The notes under the pieces are model-generated. The model searched no databases. It saw only the letters and a program-made list of their open reading frames with translations, and had not been told where the DNA came from. A stretch of 32,000 bases of DNA, from assembly GCF_000039765.1 (NCBI RefSeq), contig NC_004459.3:3016104-3048103 (forward strand), given 5' to 3'. The stretch is from Vibrio vulnificus CMCP6 (GTDB lineage: Bacteria; Pseudomonadota; Gammaproteobacteria; Enterobacterales; Vibrionaceae). Made by a program: the position numbers and the translations under genes. The first letter of the stretch is position 1; each line of letters starts with the position of its first letter. Below, piece after piece: positions 17,372 through 26,796 of this stretch.

Positions 17372-17395
17372 GGGCTTTGAGTTATTTATCAATGA

Positions 17396-20300
17396 TTAGT
17401 GTGCGTGTAAGTCATCAGATAAGTAACTAGTACGGTTATATACTGGTAAATTCTCCAGAGACTTCAACTGGTAGGCATACTTCTTAAGCAACTCAGCTCG
17501 TTTTTCAGCATCTTGATAATCTGCAAGCACCACAGCTTCTAAAGTCACCGTTGTCAAATCAACAGAGGCTGCTTCAGCTTCTTGCAACGCTTTAATGTCA
17601 TTCGTGAATGCAATCATATTCCAAGCGTAGCTGTTTTCTGGTGTAGCGTAGTAAGTAGTGCCGTTTGAGCGTTTAAACGTACGTAAATCACTCATTGAGC
17701 CAACAGGTTCACTTCGCATACTGATCTTGCGAGCTAATACTTCATCACGCTGATCCACCATATTTCCTGCTGAATGCCAAACCATTGCCGTCAAAATAGC
17801 TTTGGTCAATGGAACTTCTTCGAAACGAGGAAGCGCAAAGTAATTACGTACACTCCAACTACCGTAATATGGCATAGTTTCGACTTTATCGTCCCATGTT
17901 ATTGCAGTGAAGTCACCTTTTGGTCGAGAGTAATTACCTTGTTCATCTTTGAAGTTCAGATAAAGAAACTCTTCACCCAAAATCAAAGTATCTAGCAAGA
18001 GATCCCCTTTCGGATAGAACTGGAAAAATCCATTTGCTAACCCTGTCGTTTCTGGTAATTCTAACAGTGATGTCGTAGAGCGATCTGTTGAACGACGCAT
18101 ACCAACACGATCAACTAGTGCCACGGATGCCGCTAGTTTATCTGGCCAATGACCGATGTAATCGATGTAGTTAGAGTAGTTATTTACTGGAGCAGGACGT
18201 GGAGCCTTGCCACTGTTTAGGAACTTACCTATCTCACCTACAACTTTTTCCCCTGTTGCTAATGACGCTTTGATAGTGTCATCAAAACATGTCGTCGGGA
18301 CGAAGTTGATAGGGAAATTATTACGCATTGAATAATTGCCCATGATCTCTGCAAGTTTCTTGTAAGTAAATGAACCGTCAGCTTTCTCAATTTCACACGT
18401 ATGGTCTGGAGTAATCAGGATGTTTACAAGTTGATCACGCGCTTTATCAACAGCTAATGGAGCACCACAGTAAACGGCAAATGGCCAACGAGTTGCATTT
18501 GCTTCATCACTACAGAACGCTTCCTGTGCTTTTGGCAAGCCCTGCATTTGGATATGTGAAAGAGGGCTAGAGAATACTAACTCACGGTAGCGATCGTATA
18601 CATGTAGGGCATTACGCCAATCTTGGAACTCTTGAACTCGACGAACTGTGTAACTCATCATCGTCCCTTCAGAGAAGTTCTCTCTCATACCACGTACTGT
18701 ACGTTTGTAGTACAGGTCATCGTAAGTTTCTAACTTGTAAGACATAATTTCAGAACGGTTGCGCCCTTCATCATGACGGTTACAGTCATCATTTAAACTT
18801 ACATTTCCGTCAGTACAAAACGCAAAGTCTCTCATCGGAATCGCAGGGTTTTCCGATGCTAGCGCTTTGATTGTACCGTCACTTAGAAGATCCGAAGGTG
18901 CCTTGTAAGGATCAAGAATCTCCTCGCGAAGCTGCGCATCATACTGGCCAGCATCGAGATAAACAGTTTGCTCGCTCGTGGTATTGTCTGCTTGATTCAC
19001 TACCGTTTCAGTAGCTTCAACTTGACGCTTATAACCAAAACGTAAAGCGGCCAAATCATAAGGACCAAAAACTGGTAGTGCATTCAATAGCGATGGGTTG
19101 TAATCCATGATCGATGAATACCCAGGTACTACTTTCAGACCGTGCTCGGCAAGCTCATGATCTTTAAAGTAGTTTGAAGCATCATTACTACCTTTGAAGT
19201 TGTGACGAAGACCAAAGTTATGGCCTAGCTCATGTACAAGCGTTTTCGCATAGAATACGCCAACAATGAACAGGCTCAGCTCTTCTTGTTGTTTCTCCGT
19301 CAAATCAGCCCATTCTTTTAGGCTACCAACTTCGCCTATTTGACCATTGTTCCAAAGAGATGCATCTTGGAAGTTGAAGCTCATACCACCAATAGAACTT
19401 GGCAGACTCTTCAATGTAGCACCAGATCGAAGCGCTGAAACTGGGTACATATTGTTCTCAGCCCACAGACGACGCTCCAACTCTTTGATAGCACTTAAAT
19501 CTTCAAATGAGACATTCTCATCATTGGCTTCAAGTTCTTCTTTAACAGCGGCAATGACATCGGCCATAGACTCATTCGCCATTGGAGATTGCTCAAACGC
19601 AACCATATCTCCCAAAGAAACAACTTCTGTAGACTGAGACGCTTCAGTAATAGAGGCGACAGAGTTTGATGTAGTTGATTCTCCAGTGCTGTTTGTCGCG
19701 TTAGATGTAGAACCTGTATCCGGTTTTGCAACTAATTCAACTCGCCCTTTGTTATAATCTTGAGCAATACGATCCCATAGCCAATCAGAGATTGAACGCA
19801 AAACACCTGAGTACTGGTTTACATGTGCGTGAACAATTTCGCCTGTCAACGGGTTAACCGCTGAGGGGCCATACCCAGCCAAACCATTGTCTAGTGGCTC
19901 ATCAATCAAGTTGATAACATTGTATCTCAAATCACCTGACAACTTACCTGAAGGTTCGTGAAGACGAATTTTGGGAACACCCACTTTCTCTAACTGTGGA
20001 TTAATTCGGTCAATAACATCTTTCGTGACCTGCTTAAAGAACCGTGTTTCTTCGTTTTGATCAAAACTGTCCGAAAGATGGTAATCAATAAATTCTAGGC
20101 TTGGGTTAAAACGGTGAAGATAGCTAAACTTCTGATCAAATTGTCCATCTACATACGATGGATCAGGACGGCCTACTTCATTAGCAAAGAAGCCAAAAGT
20201 ATCCTCATCACCTTTCAGATACATCACTGGTTCATATTCTGTCGATGAAGAGCGAACAAGGTCGAGAGGCACAAGAGAATAGAATTGAGATGCCGTAAAC

Positions 20301-21040
20301 GACAACTTATCCATGTCAAAGCCGTTACTACTTAAGGAGTTAATCATGCAGCGCCAGTTGTTTGCGATACGATAATCTTGTTTAACTTCAAAGTTAATTA
20401 CGCCATCGGCTGTAACTTCGTATCCCTTCCAACCCGTGTTAGCGTTTGCAGCAACTCGAGGGCTACCCACTTTCGTATAACATCCACTTGCGAATGTGAA
20501 TAACTGGTTCCATGTTGCTTCAGCAACTTTTACATCATCAAAGCTAGGTTCAAAAAAGCGGCGGTCTTGCCAACGCACTTCATTGTTATCTACTTTTTCT
20601 TCTTTATTCGTACACTCCCCGTAGTCATTTTCACGACATTGGTAGTCTACGTAGTCAACTGGAATGGAAAGAACTAGACTTGTGTCGTCTGGATTATTGA
20701 TCCAACGTCCTAATTGACCTTTATCAATTTCTCCCTGGCTAATGACGTCAGGGCTAATCATTCGTACCTTCAACTCGCCAGATCCCGAGTTATCCTGGCT
20801 CGCTTCAAACGCCAAAGTTACAAGCTTTTCTTGTCCCTGCATAAACGGGGCCATTGAGCCTGCAAACTTAGGAGCGTTCGCCATAGATGGCATATAAAGA
20901 TAAACTTGGTCTGTTTTTACATTCGTTTTTTCAAACGAATTTTCTGGTTTGCTTAGTGTGTCATATGCTTGGTCATCTGCGCCACAGCCGGCTAAAATAG
21001 CTGTTATTGCAGACGCTAATGCTACTTTTTTAAAATGCAT
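17396..21040 (-). CDS. Large lipoprotein zinc metalloprotease, metzincin of the DUF5117/DUF4953 type (1214 aa)
   Basis: Lipobox AILAGC with Gly at +2. Zinc site HELGHNFGLRHNF (nt 19196-19234). Met-turn region SSIMDY and GPYDLAALRFGY. An S/T/N-rich linker (KPDTGSTSNATNSTGESTTSNS) lies upstream of the catalytic domain. Confidence 0.8.
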   Translation of the reverse strand: MHFKKVALASAITAILAGCGADDQAYDTLSKPENSFEKTNVKTDQVYLYMPSMANAPKFAGSMAPFMQGQEKLVTLAFEASQDNSGSGELKVRMISPDVISQGEIDKGQLGRWINNPDDTSLVLSIPVDYVDYQCRENDYGECTNKEEKVDNNEVRWQDRRFFEPSFDDVKVAEATWNQLFTFASGCYTKVGSPRVAANANTGWKGYEVTADGVINFEVKQDYRIANNWRCMINSLSSNGFDMDKLSFTASQFYSLVPLDLVRSSSTEYEPVMYLKGDEDTFGFFANEVGRPDPSYVDGQFDQKFSYLHRFNPSLEFIDYHLSDSFDQNEETRFFKQVTKDVIDRINPQLEKVGVPKIRLHEPSGKLSGDLRYNVINLIDEPLDNGLAGYGPSAVNPLTGEIVHAHVNQYSGVLRSISDWLWDRIAQDYNKGRVELVAKPDTGSTSNATNSTGESTTSNSVASITEASQSTEVVSLGDMVAFEQSPMANESMADVIAAVKEELEANDENVSFEDLSAIKELERRLWAENNMYPVSALRSGATLKSLPSSIGGMSFNFQDASLWNNGQIGEVGSLKEWADLTEKQQEELSLFIVGVFYAKTLVHELGHNFGLRHNFKGSNDASNYFKDHELAEHGLKVVPGYSSIMDYNPSLLNALPVFGPYDLAALRFGYKRQVEATETVVNQADNTTSEQTVYLDAGQYDAQLREEILDPYKAPSDLLSDGTIKALASENPAIPMRDFAFCTDGNVSLNDDCNRHDEGRNRSEIMSYKLETYDDLYYKRTVRGMRENFSEGTMMSYTVRRVQEFQDWRNALHVYDRYRELVFSSPLSHIQMQGLPKAQEAFCSDEANATRWPFAVYCGAPLAVDKARDQLVNILITPDHTCEIEKADGSFTYKKLAEIMGNYSMRNNFPINFVPTTCFDDTIKASLATGEKVVGEIGKFLNSGKAPRPAPVNNYSNYIDYIGHWPDKLAASVALVDRVGMRRSTDRSTTSLLELPETTGLANGFFQFYPKGDLLLDTLILGEEFLYLNFKDEQGNYSRPKGDFTAITWDDKVETMPYYGSWSVRNYFALPRFEEVPLTKAILTAMVWHSAGNMVDQRDEVLARKISMRSEPVGSMSDLRTFKRSNGTTYYATPENSYAWNMIAFTNDIKALQEAEAASVDLTTVTLEAVVLADYQDAEKRAELLKKYAYQLKSLENLPVYNRTSYLSDDLHAH

Positions 21041-21069
21041 ATTATCGTCCTGTTATAATATTTTTTTCC

Positions 21070-21951
21070 CTAGAAAGAGAACGTTAGTTGTGCAATATAG
21101 GTCGCTTTATCAGTATCGAACAAATCGATATTGCCTAGCGTTCCTCGCTCTGCGTCTGAATAGAAACCTGCCGTTGATACCGTGAATGACGTAGACCAGT
21201 TATCAGTAATCCCATATGAGGCATATGCTGACGCCCCATAAGTAAACTGACGACTGCGAGTTCCTTTGTAACTCATGCCATTACCGCCTAAAGCCGAAGC
21301 TCCAATCGTTAGATCATCAAAACTATAACTACCGCCTACAGAGATGGAGTAAACCCATTCGGTTAAAACTCGGCCATTCATGGTTTCATACTTGTAAAAG
21401 TTTTTTCTCACTCTAGGCGTAACGGAATAATTTCCGCCTAGCATTTGAAAACGAATTGGGGTTGATATCCGAATCGCTGTATATAGCTTGGTGTCTTGTG
21501 ATATTTCTGACGTAGGAATGGTTAGCTGGCCACTTAACCCTATCTTACCTGTCTCACCAAACTCGTAGATATTGGAGTAACTTGCTCCAAAAACAGAGTC
21601 TGTTGCATAAGTACCGACTTTATCTTCTAAGGCTCTATAGCCACCTGTAGAAAAATATAGGCCAGTCTTATTTGATAACTTGTAGTTAAGAGTTCCATTC
21701 CATGAAAAGTTTCTAACCGAGCGATAATCATTCGTGTCGTATAGATTACTGTCATAGGCAAGTGAAGCAGAACCGCTGACATTACACCAAATACACGAAG
21801 ACTGTGCTTCTGAGGTCGATTCCGTGTTGCTTTCGCCATTAGTTTGACTATTTTCTTCTGCATATATAGAAGAAGAAAATAATGCACCTAATAGAATAGC
21901 GAGCGGCGTTATCTTCCACTTTGTTGTGTGCTGCATATTGTTAACTTCCAT
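21070..21951 (-). CDS. Predicted outer-membrane beta-barrel protein (288-293 aa)
   Basis: Signal peptide KITPLAILLGALFSSSIYA. Alternating amphipathic strands rich in Y/G/S/T. C-terminal aromatic signature AQLTFSF. The start is either 21951 or the ATG at 21936. I cannot assign a family with confidence. Confidence 0.65.
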   Translation of the reverse strand: MEVNNMQHTTKWKITPLAILLGALFSSSIYAEENSQTNGESNTESTSEAQSSCIWCNVSGSASLAYDSNLYDTNDYRSVRNFSWNGTLNYKLSNKTGLYFSTGGYRALEDKVGTYATDSVFGASYSNIYEFGETGKIGLSGQLTIPTSEISQDTKLYTAIRISTPIRFQMLGGNYSVTPRVRKNFYKYETMNGRVLTEWVYSISVGGSYSFDDLTIGASALGGNGMSYKGTRSRQFTYGASAYASYGITDNWSTSFTVSTAGFYSDAERGTLGNIDLFDTDKATYIAQLTFSF

Positions 21952-22044
21952 GAGATTTAAGTTTATTTGAATAAACTTAAGTTAAACGGTTTACCGAATT
22001 ACATTTGCACGTGTCCTTCGTAACAAATTGTTCCGATAAGCCTA

Positions 22045-22074
22045 TTAACCGTAAAGAGTTCTCTTTACGGTTAA
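22045..22074. promoter_or_regulatory. 30-bp perfect palindrome between the ABC operon and the OMP gene
   Basis: TTAACCGTAAAGAG-tt-CTCTTTACGGTTAA. It lies ~95 bp upstream of the OMP start and ~95 bp downstream of the last ATPase stop. Confidence 0.5.
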
Positions 22075-22166
22075 ATTCCATATTTATTTTTCAATTTAAC
22101 GCTTGTGCTACTTTATAGAAAATAATATTAAATTCTAAAAAATTCACTTTTTCTATATGTAACAAA

Positions 22167-22997
22167 TTATGATATTTTTCGAGTCACTTCTCTTTTTTTA
22201 ACTCTGTATTTTGGATGCGTTATTGGTATCGCTGAAAGCAATTTTTTTGTGTAGTCATTTTGTGGATTATTGTATAGCTCTACTGATTTACCATACTCCA
22301 CGATTTCACCAAAATACATCACTGCAACATTATCTGACACTTGTCTCACTACTGATAAATCGTGTGAAATAAAGATAATGGCTAAGTTCATTTCTTGCTG
22401 TAATTTTAAAAGCAAGTTAATGATTTGCGCTTGGACAGAGACATCGAGCGCGGAAACCGATTCATCACAGATAAGCAGCTTGGGTTTTAATGCAATCGCT
22501 CTTGCGATACCAATACGTTGACGCTGTCCACCGGAGAATTCATGTGGATACCGATTGATCGCGTTCGCAGGGAGCCCCACCTTCTCGAGTAACTCCAATA
22601 CCCATTGCTTTCTTTCTTGCTGCGTTCCTACTTTGTGAATAATGAAAGGCTCTTCCAAAATCATACCTATCGTATGTCGCTGATTTAACGACTCAAGTGG
22701 ATCTTGAAAGACAATTTGCATCTCTTTACGCAAAGGACGCATCTCTTTTGCAGAGAGTTTCGTAATATCACGTCCTTCAAAGAAGATCTTTCCGTCTGTT
22801 GGCTCAAATAGCTTGAGAATAGTGCGACCAAGCGTGCTTTTCCCACACCCCGACTCGCCAACAAGACCTAAAGTTTCTCCTCGTTTCACTGTTAAGGAAA
22901 CACCGTCAACGGCTTTTACGGTATATCCCTTGGAAAAAAGTTTTTTCCCTGAAACAAAGTGTTGCTTCAATCCTTCGATTCTCAGTATCTCATCCAT
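22167..22997 (-). CDS. Peptide ABC transporter ATP-binding protein (DppF/OppF-like, 276 aa)
   Basis: Walker [10 protein letters not shown], signature FSGGQRQRIGIARA, Walker B LLICDESVSALD. Confidence 0.85.
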   Translation of the reverse strand: MDEILRIEGLKQHFVSGKKLFSKGYTVKAVDGVSLTVKRGETLGLVGESGCGKSTLGRTILKLFEPTDGKIFFEGRDITKLSAKEMRPLRKEMQIVFQDPLESLNQRHTIGMILEEPFIIHKVGTQQERKQWVLELLEKVGLPANAINRYPHEFSGGQRQRIGIARAIALKPKLLICDESVSALDVSVQAQIINLLLKLQQEMNLAIIFISHDLSVVRQVSDNVAVMYFGEIVEYGKSVELYNNPQNDYTKKLLSAIPITHPKYRVKKREVTRKIS

Positions 22998-22999
22998 AA

Positions 23000-23866
23000 T
23001 TAACCTCGAAACTCAGGAAATTTTGAAACGTCAATCGGCTTAATTTCGATCAATTGTTTAGGTTCATGCTCTAAACTTGGCATCAATCCCATCAACCGTT
23101 CTGTATAAGGGTGTTTAGGGGCATCAAACAATTCAAAAACATCGGCATATTCGACTATCTTGCCGCCATACATGACCGCTACATCATCACATATCTCCGC
23201 AACGACACCGAGATCATGGGTAATAAAGATAACCGCCATGCCGGTTTCTTCTTGCAGTTCGTTAATCAACTCCAAAATTGAGGCCTGAACGGTAACATCT
23301 AGAGCGGTTGTGGGTTCGTCGCAAATCAGGATCTCAGGCTTGCAAGCCAACGCCATTGCGATCATGACTCGCTGTCTCATACCACCAGATAAATTATGTG
23401 GGTACTCATCTAAGCGCTTTTCAGGCATTGGGATGCGAACTTTTTTCAACATTTCCAACGCCTGTTCACGACGGGCTTTTCTATCCAAATCAGGTCGATG
23501 AAGCTTCAATACTTCCATAAGCTGCTTACCTACCGTATGGACAGGATTGAGTGCTGTCATAGGATCTTGGAAGATGATCGAAATACGATCGCCACGCATG
23601 GCATACATTTCATCCGCTGGAAGAGTGACGAGATCTTTGCCTCGATAGAGGATTTCGCCACCAATAACTCGTCCATACGGCTTAGGTAGCAAGCCCATGA
23701 TAGACATGGACGTGACACTTTTCCCGCATCCGGATTCGCCAACCAAACCTAGTGTACGTCCTTTTTTTACATCAAAACTTACACCGTGGAGTACTTGTAC
23801 AGCACCATCATCCGTTTGAAACTCAGTCTCTAAGTTTTTAACGCTTAGAACTACTTCACTGTTCAT
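23000..23866 (-). CDS. Peptide ABC transporter ATP-binding protein (DppD/OppD-like, 288 aa)
   Basis: Walker [11 protein letters not shown], signature [14 protein letters not shown], Walker [13 protein letters not shown]. Its stop is 2 nt from the next start. Confidence 0.85.
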   Translation of the reverse strand: MNSEVVLSVKNLETEFQTDDGAVQVLHGVSFDVKKGRTLGLVGESGCGKSVTSMSIMGLLPKPYGRVIGGEILYRGKDLVTLPADEMYAMRGDRISIIFQDPMTALNPVHTVGKQLMEVLKLHRPDLDRKARREQALEMLKKVRIPMPEKRLDEYPHNLSGGMRQRVMIAMALACKPEILICDEPTTALDVTVQASILELINELQEETGMAVIFITHDLGVVAEICDDVAVMYGGKIVEYADVFELFDAPKHPYTERLMGLMPSLEHEPKQLIEIKPIDVSKFPEFRG

Positions 23867-23884
23867 CTTCCTGATCCTACCTAA

Positions 23885-25726
23885 TTACATCTTGTATCTG
23901 TCATCAACAACGGCAACTTTCGGGAATGTCTTACCTGACTTCATCGCTTTCTCAGTTTCCTTTTTGAGCTCTTTATCGATCCAGAAATTTCCGATATCCA
24001 TTGGATGGAAGATGTTTTCTGTCGCCTTAGTCATTGCTGTTTGAGGTGTTTTCAACCAACGCCAATGAACTGCGCGGGTGTAAGGAACCATGTAACCAGG
24101 GACAATAATATTGGCTTCTGCTACGTACTCTTGAATTTGGTGAGAAAGTGCAAAACGTTTCTCTTGGTCAAATTCAGCATCGTATGCTTCGATCAACTTA
24201 TCTAACTCAGGACTGCTGTAATTGGTATGAGCGTTGGTTTGAGGTTTATTGGCATTGTCTGAATGCAAATATTCCCAATATGCAGGGATTTCACCTGAGC
24301 CCATGTTGAGAAATGCCAGTTGATGTTTCTTTTCAAGGATGTATTTAAAGGCTGAAGAGCCATCCACCAGGTTCAAAGTAAACTCCAAGCCAGCTAGTTT
24401 AGCTTGCTCTTTTAAGAAGGCGATTCGAGGAGTCCACGATTGGTAGCCGTAAGTAATGGCAAAAGACAATCTTTGCCCTTTTTCGTTCACGCGAATACCA
24501 TCAGCACCGATTTTGTCGAAGCCTGCTTTCTCAAAATATGCGATGGCTTTTTCTGCATCAAATTCAGGTGCTTTATTGTCTGGTTTGTCATATTGTCCGT
24601 GACCGAAACCAAGACCATGAGGCTTACGGGAATAATCGCCACGCATGATGTTCGTGATCATACCGTCATAGTCTGTTGAAAGCATGATCCCCTTACGAAC
24701 ATTGATGTCATCCAGTAGCGGCATAGCAGTATTCATCCACAAACCACCAGCGCCCTGTGGAGCTTGGTTGTAACCCCAAAACTTCTGGATATACCCTTTC
24801 TCAAAGCCTTCAGAATCGGCTTTGCTGTGCCAATACTCTGGTAGAATCATATCGAAGAAATCAAGACTGCCTTTTTCGAAATGTTTCAAGGCAATATCTT
24901 GATCACGAATGACATTGATGCGAACTTTGTCAACATTGTAGCGGTTTTGATAATAGCGATTACTGTAGCCCCACCAATCCTCGCCAACGTGCTTAAAAGT
25001 AACGCGTTTGCCTTTTTCTACATTGTCCATGTAATAAGCGGCTGTAGTGGGTTCTGCCTTAAAGTTAAATGCACGAACAAAGTTGTCTGGCATACCATCT
25101 TTATTGTCGTCTTTAGTGCCTTTAAAAAAGTGCTCAGGACGAGGTTGCACACCATTACTTGGCATGTTGATCAGCACCATTAAAGCATCATCACTCTGCG
25201 CAGTGGCCGTTTTGATAGCAATGGTGTAGTCGTCATACTTGACAACTTCTTTTATGCTGTTGGTGAAGAAATCGTTATACCAAGGGTCGATGATGTCCTT
25301 TGACTGATAATACTTCATCATAAACACATAATCGTCGGCGGTAACACTTTCACCATCAGACCACTTTGCGTTCTTATCCAGCTTGAAGTAGACGGTTTTG
25401 TTGTCCGCATCAAAAGCCCAAGAGTCTGCTAATTGAGGAATCCATTTGCCTGTATTAGGGTGACGCTGCGCGAGTTTTGGCGCGCCATCCATGAAGTAAT
25501 GGCGTAAACCAGAGTTAGCATCAGGACCAACACTTCTCAGTGTCTGAGGAAAACTCACCATATAGGTCGTTAGCGTACCGCCACGTTTGGCCTCTTCTGA
25601 AGCAAATAGCGGCTCGTTTTTATTCGTTAACCAATTAAGGTCACTAGGCAGAGATTGTGCGAATGTCTGAAAACTCAAAGCAGACAAAGCGGCTAATGTA
25701 GCGAGACTTACTTTTGTGTATTGCAT
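23885..25726 (-). CDS. Periplasmic family-5 (peptide/nickel) substrate-binding protein, large YejA-size class (613 aa)
   Basis: Sec signal SLATLAALSALSFQTFA. About 600 aa with SBP_bac_5-like segments (WSDGESVTADDYVF). It is embedded between the permease and ATPase genes. Confidence 0.75.
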   Translation of the reverse strand: MQYTKVSLATLAALSALSFQTFAQSLPSDLNWLTNKNEPLFASEEAKRGGTLTTYMVSFPQTLRSVGPDANSGLRHYFMDGAPKLAQRHPNTGKWIPQLADSWAFDADNKTVYFKLDKNAKWSDGESVTADDYVFMMKYYQSKDIIDPWYNDFFTNSIKEVVKYDDYTIAIKTATAQSDDALMVLINMPSNGVQPRPEHFFKGTKDDNKDGMPDNFVRAFNFKAEPTTAAYYMDNVEKGKRVTFKHVGEDWWGYSNRYYQNRYNVDKVRINVIRDQDIALKHFEKGSLDFFDMILPEYWHSKADSEGFEKGYIQKFWGYNQAPQGAGGLWMNTAMPLLDDINVRKGIMLSTDYDGMITNIMRGDYSRKPHGLGFGHGQYDKPDNKAPEFDAEKAIAYFEKAGFDKIGADGIRVNEKGQRLSFAITYGYQSWTPRIAFLKEQAKLAGLEFTLNLVDGSSAFKYILEKKHQLAFLNMGSGEIPAYWEYLHSDNANKPQTNAHTNYSSPELDKLIEAYDAEFDQEKRFALSHQIQEYVAEANIIVPGYMVPYTRAVHWRWLKTPQTAMTKATENIFHPMDIGNFWIDKELKKETEKAMKSGKTFPKVAVVDDRYKM

Positions 25727-25752
25727 CTGTGTATCTTCCTTGAAACTGATAC

Positions 25753-26796
25753 TTATACGTATCGAGTAAATTTCTTTGGATCAAAGGCTGCGCGAATTGC
25801 TTCACCAATAAAAGTCACCATAACTAATACCGCTACGATAGACGTAACGACAGATGACACGATCCAAGGAGAGTCTAAGTTCGATTTACCTTGTTGTAAT
25901 AATTCACCCCAACTTGGTGTTGGTGGCATTAGGCCTAGCCCTAAATAGTCTAAAGCGGTTAGCGCTGTAATGTTACCCGCAATGGTGAACGGAGCTAGGG
26001 TTACTATCATCACCATTGTATTCGGCAAAATATGGTGCAATAGAATTCGCATAGTCGAGGCACCTAGCGCTTTCGCAGCCATGACATATTCTCGAGCAGA
26101 TTCTTTATATGTCATGGTACGCATGTACCAAGTCATCCCCATCCAGCCAAATAACACGTTTATAGCGACAAATAACGCGAAGGTTGGTTGGGTGATAGAA
26201 ACGAGAATCATAATGACATAGAGGAACGGCACCATAGACCATATTTCAATCAGCCTTTGGACGAACAGATCAAACTTGCCACCAAAGAATCCCATTGCAC
26301 AACCGACTACGGTGCCAATCGCATAGGATATCGCCATCGTAACTAGCGCAAATCCCATCGCAGTTCTAAAGCCATACACCAAGCGCGCTAAAATATCTCG
26401 TCCGATGACATCAGTCCCTAGATAATGCTTCGTCTCTGCATTGGGCGCGGTTGGAGGAAAGTCACCCGAGAAATCTTGTTCGTACGGATTCCAAGGAACA
26501 ATTGGCATGAGTACAAAGTTGCCTTCATCCGCTTGGGCAAACTTTTTCTGCAGCACACGATAATCCGCTTCACTAGCATAATCCAAACCGAAATCTGTTC
26601 CTGAACGTACATCACTAATCACAGGGAAAAACCAATCCCCTTGGTACTTTACGATAAGAGCTTTGCTATTAACTAATAACTCAGCGAATAGAGACAGAAC
26701 CAGTAAAGTAGCGAGAACAATAAATGACCAATAGCCACGTTTAATATTCTTGAACGCCTTAATTTTCTTTTGAGTTAATGGGCTTACAGTAAACAT
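25753..26796 (-). CDS. yejE: Peptide ABC transporter permease, YejE-like (347 aa)
   Basis: N-terminus KAFKNIKRGYWSFIVLATLLVLSLFAELLVNSKALIVKYQGDWFFPV parallels my memory of E. coli YejE. Multiple TM segments and a BPD-type core are present. Confidence 0.75.
   Translation of the reverse strand: MFTVSPLTQKKIKAFKNIKRGYWSFIVLATLLVLSLFAELLVNSKALIVKYQGDWFFPVISDVRSGTDFGLDYASEADYRVLQKKFAQADEGNFVLMPIVPWNPYEQDFSGDFPPTAPNAETKHYLGTDVIGRDILARLVYGFRTAMGFALVTMAISYAIGTVVGCAMGFFGGKFDLFVQRLIEIWSMVPFLYVIMILVSITQPTFALFVAINVLFGWMGMTWYMRTMTYKESAREYVMAAKALGASTMRILLHHILPNTMVMIVTLAPFTIAGNITALTALDYLGLGLMPPTPSWGELLQQGKSNLDSPWIVSSVVTSIVAVLVMVTFIGEAIRAAFDPKKFTRYV

Noticed and set aside
22045-22074. Calling the 30-bp palindrome an intrinsic terminator for the ABC operon
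   Set aside because: No U-tract follows on the minus (transcribed) strand. I kept it as an unexplained palindrome or possible operator instead.
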